A stretch of DNA of 64,000 bases from Eledone cirrhosa (lineage: Eukaryota), in contig OZ024745.1 of assembly GCA_964016885.1 (NCBI GenBank), positions 130,820,001-130,884,000 of the forward strand, written 5' to 3'. The position numbers were made by a program, and so were the translations under genes. The notes under the pieces were generated by a model, which was given only the letters and a program-made list of their open reading frames with translations, did not search any database and was not told the DNA's origin. Shown piece after piece: positions 60,933 through 64,000 of this stretch (its first letter is position 1; each line of letters opens with the position of its first letter).

Positions 60933-61447
60933 GTTCTTTTTCTTTCTTCTTTTATCCCTAACTGGCGATGGCTGGCAGGCTGTCCTCCCAGCCTATACCC
61001 AGCTGTGGGTGCCGCTGGATGATGGACTCCGATAATGATGCTCTTCCATGCTTTTCCCTCCATAGTGCTAACCTTAGCATTGAATATTCAAAACAACAAA
61101 CAGCGGAGGACGCGTTTCGCACCTGTCCGACAGACAACTTTTCCCCCACCTCGGAAAAACCCCCAGTTGATGGATGTGAATCCGAAATATATAGGGACTA
61201 TTAAATCTCTCCCAAGGTAACTCTCTCTCGTGTTGTTATTTTTATTTTTATCCTTTAGGCTCTTTCCTTCATTCCTCTACACGTCTTATACACACCACGC
61301 ATCTCAACGTACACCCACTTACATCTCTCTCTCCACCACCGGATCTTGTTACCCGGAGATTTACCCATTTGCATTGTCGAGGCTTCCAAACGACTTAAAG
61401 ATATTTACTTATTATTCCACAATGCTTCAAGCAAACTTCAATATTCT

Positions 61448-61539
<92 letters not shown>

Positions 61540-62069
61540 TATACACACATATACATACATATAAACACATTTACATATACACACATATATATATACACAT
61601 ATAAACAGATACATATGTGTATATGTATCTGTATATATACATATACACATATATTATATATATATACATATAAACCTATATACCTACACACACATACTCA
61701 TATAAATACATACACATATCAACACATACATATAAACACATACATACACATATATATACACACATAGACACACATACGCAAACATGGATGACTGTTTCGG
61801 GATTTTCTCTACACAATCGTAATGGTCCGACATCTTGGCAGGTGTCTTTCTTATAACCCTTGGTCAACTTAAGCCCTGTGAGTATAAATGTATAGATGGA
61901 AAGTATGAGAAGGCCATCGGAAGAATTCTACCTGTAGTTCAAACAATTAACCTTGTCAGGTGGTGTGTTGTGCTGATTCTACCTTGAGTAGACAGGTGTA
62001 TGTGTGGAACGTTAAATAACGTGCACCTTAATACATAGAGCAGGTAGCACAATTGATTGAATAGCTAGT

Positions 62070-62480
62070 GAAGATGCATGGTTTAGTGGTTAGAGCATTG
62101 GGCTTGTAATCGAAAGGTTGTGAATTCGATTCACATACCGGGTGATGCGTTGTGTCCTTCAGCAAGACACTTTATTTCACGTTGCTGCAGTTTACTCAGC
62201 TATAGAAATGAGTTGTGACGTCACTGGTGCCAAGCTGTATCAGACATTGCCTTTCCCTTGGACAACATCATATATAGTGTATATATAGAGTGTAGAGTGT
62301 ATATATAGAATATATTGTGACGTCACTGGTGCCAAGCTGTATCAGACATTGCCTTTCCCTTGGACAACATTGGTGGTATGGACAGGAGAGACTGGTATAC
62401 ATGGGTGACTGCTGGTCTTCCACAAACAACCTTGCCCGGACTTGTGCCTCGGAGGGAAATTTGGTCATTCGTGACGGAAT
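62070..62480 (+). mobile_element. Same SINE as 60614, with internal ~52 bp duplication around a TA-rich insert
   Basis: TGGTTTAGTGG A box, CORE-like block; gtgacgtcactggtgccaagctgtatcagacattgcctttcccttggacaacat at ~62215 and ~62317. Confidence 0.8.
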
Positions 62481-63304
62481 AAGGATCATCGAGACGAAAA
62501 TAGATCCATTTACTTTGGTGTTTTTCCTATCATTTTTATTATGCTGATTTTTAGATTATAACTGATCAGGTAGGGCTAAATATCAAACATATACCCAGCG
62601 TGATCATCCCACATTTTTACAAATATACATTTGTAGGTCTGTATTATCGAACGGTGTTTTTATCTTTATTAAATGCAGCCAGGTGAGGTCTGAGGGAGAT
62701 TTAACTGCTTTTTCTAGCATGTAAAGCGAACACAGAGAGGTTTCCTCAACTCGAGTGTTTTTTTTAATATCAGATACCAATAAAATTTAACTAGAAGCGT
62801 ATTTGCTGCTTTGTGTGTTTTTCTATCGTTAATTCTTTATTTTTCTTATATATTTTGTTCTATTTTTGACAGCCTTTTATTGTTTATTGTTTTGTTTTAT
62901 TCATTTTGATGTTTTTTTCATTGATTGTGATTGTATTTCTTTTGGGTTTTTTTTGTTTTCATCGACTTTTTTTTTTTATTTTGTAAACCTAATTTGTTCG
63001 CAATTTATTGAATATATAGAATATTGTGTTCGTTATATTGTTTTATATCGATAATTACTTATTTGACAACAACAATAATAAAACAAATAAGGGAAGACTC
63101 AGGTTGGGGAGAATAACATTCTATCGTTGACTTATCAAGTGCGTGTGTCTGTTGATGTTTTCTCTCTTTCACTCACTGCTTCCGTCTCTCGCTCTCTCCA
63201 TCTCCCACTATTATAAACAGACTGGAGCCCACGAGCTGTTATTTGTAAAAGAAGTTTTGTATATTGCATTTTATATACTATATATGTCTAAAATAAGACA
63301 GAGT

Positions 63305-63442
63305 GATTAGAACGTCGGGTAGAAGGCTTTATGGTATTCAATCCGGCTTTCTGTTCTCTGAGTTCAAATCCCACCGAGGTCAACTTTGCCTTTCATCCTT
63401 TCGAGGTCGATAAATAAAGTACCAGTCAAATACTGGGTCGAT
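63305..63442 (+). mobile_element. SINE group A, older subfamily
   Basis: GAGTTCAAATCC and gcctttcatcctttcgaggtcgataaataaagtaccag. Confidence 0.75.
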
Positions 63443-63642
63443 TCTTCCTCTATATCTCTTATCCAAGAAATGCCATATGTCAATACGACGCCCCTCTGCC
63501 TCTGAGTTAGGGGACCATACATACATATGTCTAAAATACTTTATGCCAACTTTTTTTTCTTTAATTTCTGCCTCCAGGGAATACTATCTCTATTTAATAT
63601 TTTAATATCTTCAAATCAAATTATTATTATTTATAGTAACCA

Positions 63643-63855
63643 GGACGGCTGATTGGCAGTATCGGTAGAGGGTCGGACGTCATGCTTTGCAGCATAAAGT
63701 TACGGCCCTTTGTGGTCTGAGTTCAAATCCCGCCGAGGTTAACTTTGCCTTTCATCCGATAAAATAAAGTACGAATCACGCACTGGGGTCGATTTAATCG
63801 ACTTTCCCCTCCCCTAAAATTGCTGGCCTTGTGCCTATATAAGAAACCAATATTT
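63643..63855 (+). mobile_element. SINE group A (long-tail form)
   Basis: A box 63654-63665, B box 63719-63729. Confidence 0.88.
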
Positions 63856-64000
63856 ATAATAACTAAATTTTGAGCCTAAATATATAAATATATACATCGT
63901 GTGTTTATACTACTTGTACTTCATGTTTGTGTTTTAAAATATCAAATATATTATAATTCAAAATACGTTATACATTAATTTCGATATTATTGAAAATAAT

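Overview
AT-rich, repeat-saturated eukaryotic DNA. The SINE families and microsatellite load suggest an octopod cephalopod (inference). I cannot support any host protein-coding gene; almost all track ORFs are translated microsatellites. Recognisable coding remnants are all retroelements: a 5'-truncated, frameshifted R4/Dong-clade LINE (RT, CCHC knuckle, restriction-like endonuclease) inside (TAA)n at 41295-43858 plus a second 3' fragment; a Penelope-like (PLE) GIY-YIG C-terminus (33874-34299, minus); and CRE-, RTE- and L1/Tx1-type 3' fragments. About 20 tRNA-derived SINE copies belong to two groups. The dominant hidden structure is many short PLE-derived fold-back units embedded in (TA)n, each with a fixed short arm and a tailed long arm. 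They carry about 25 minimal type-I hammerhead ribozyme (HHR) motifs or degenerate variants from several unrelated families, most with palindromic stem III, and several show a compensatory U3-A8 core. All alignments and folds were done by eye.
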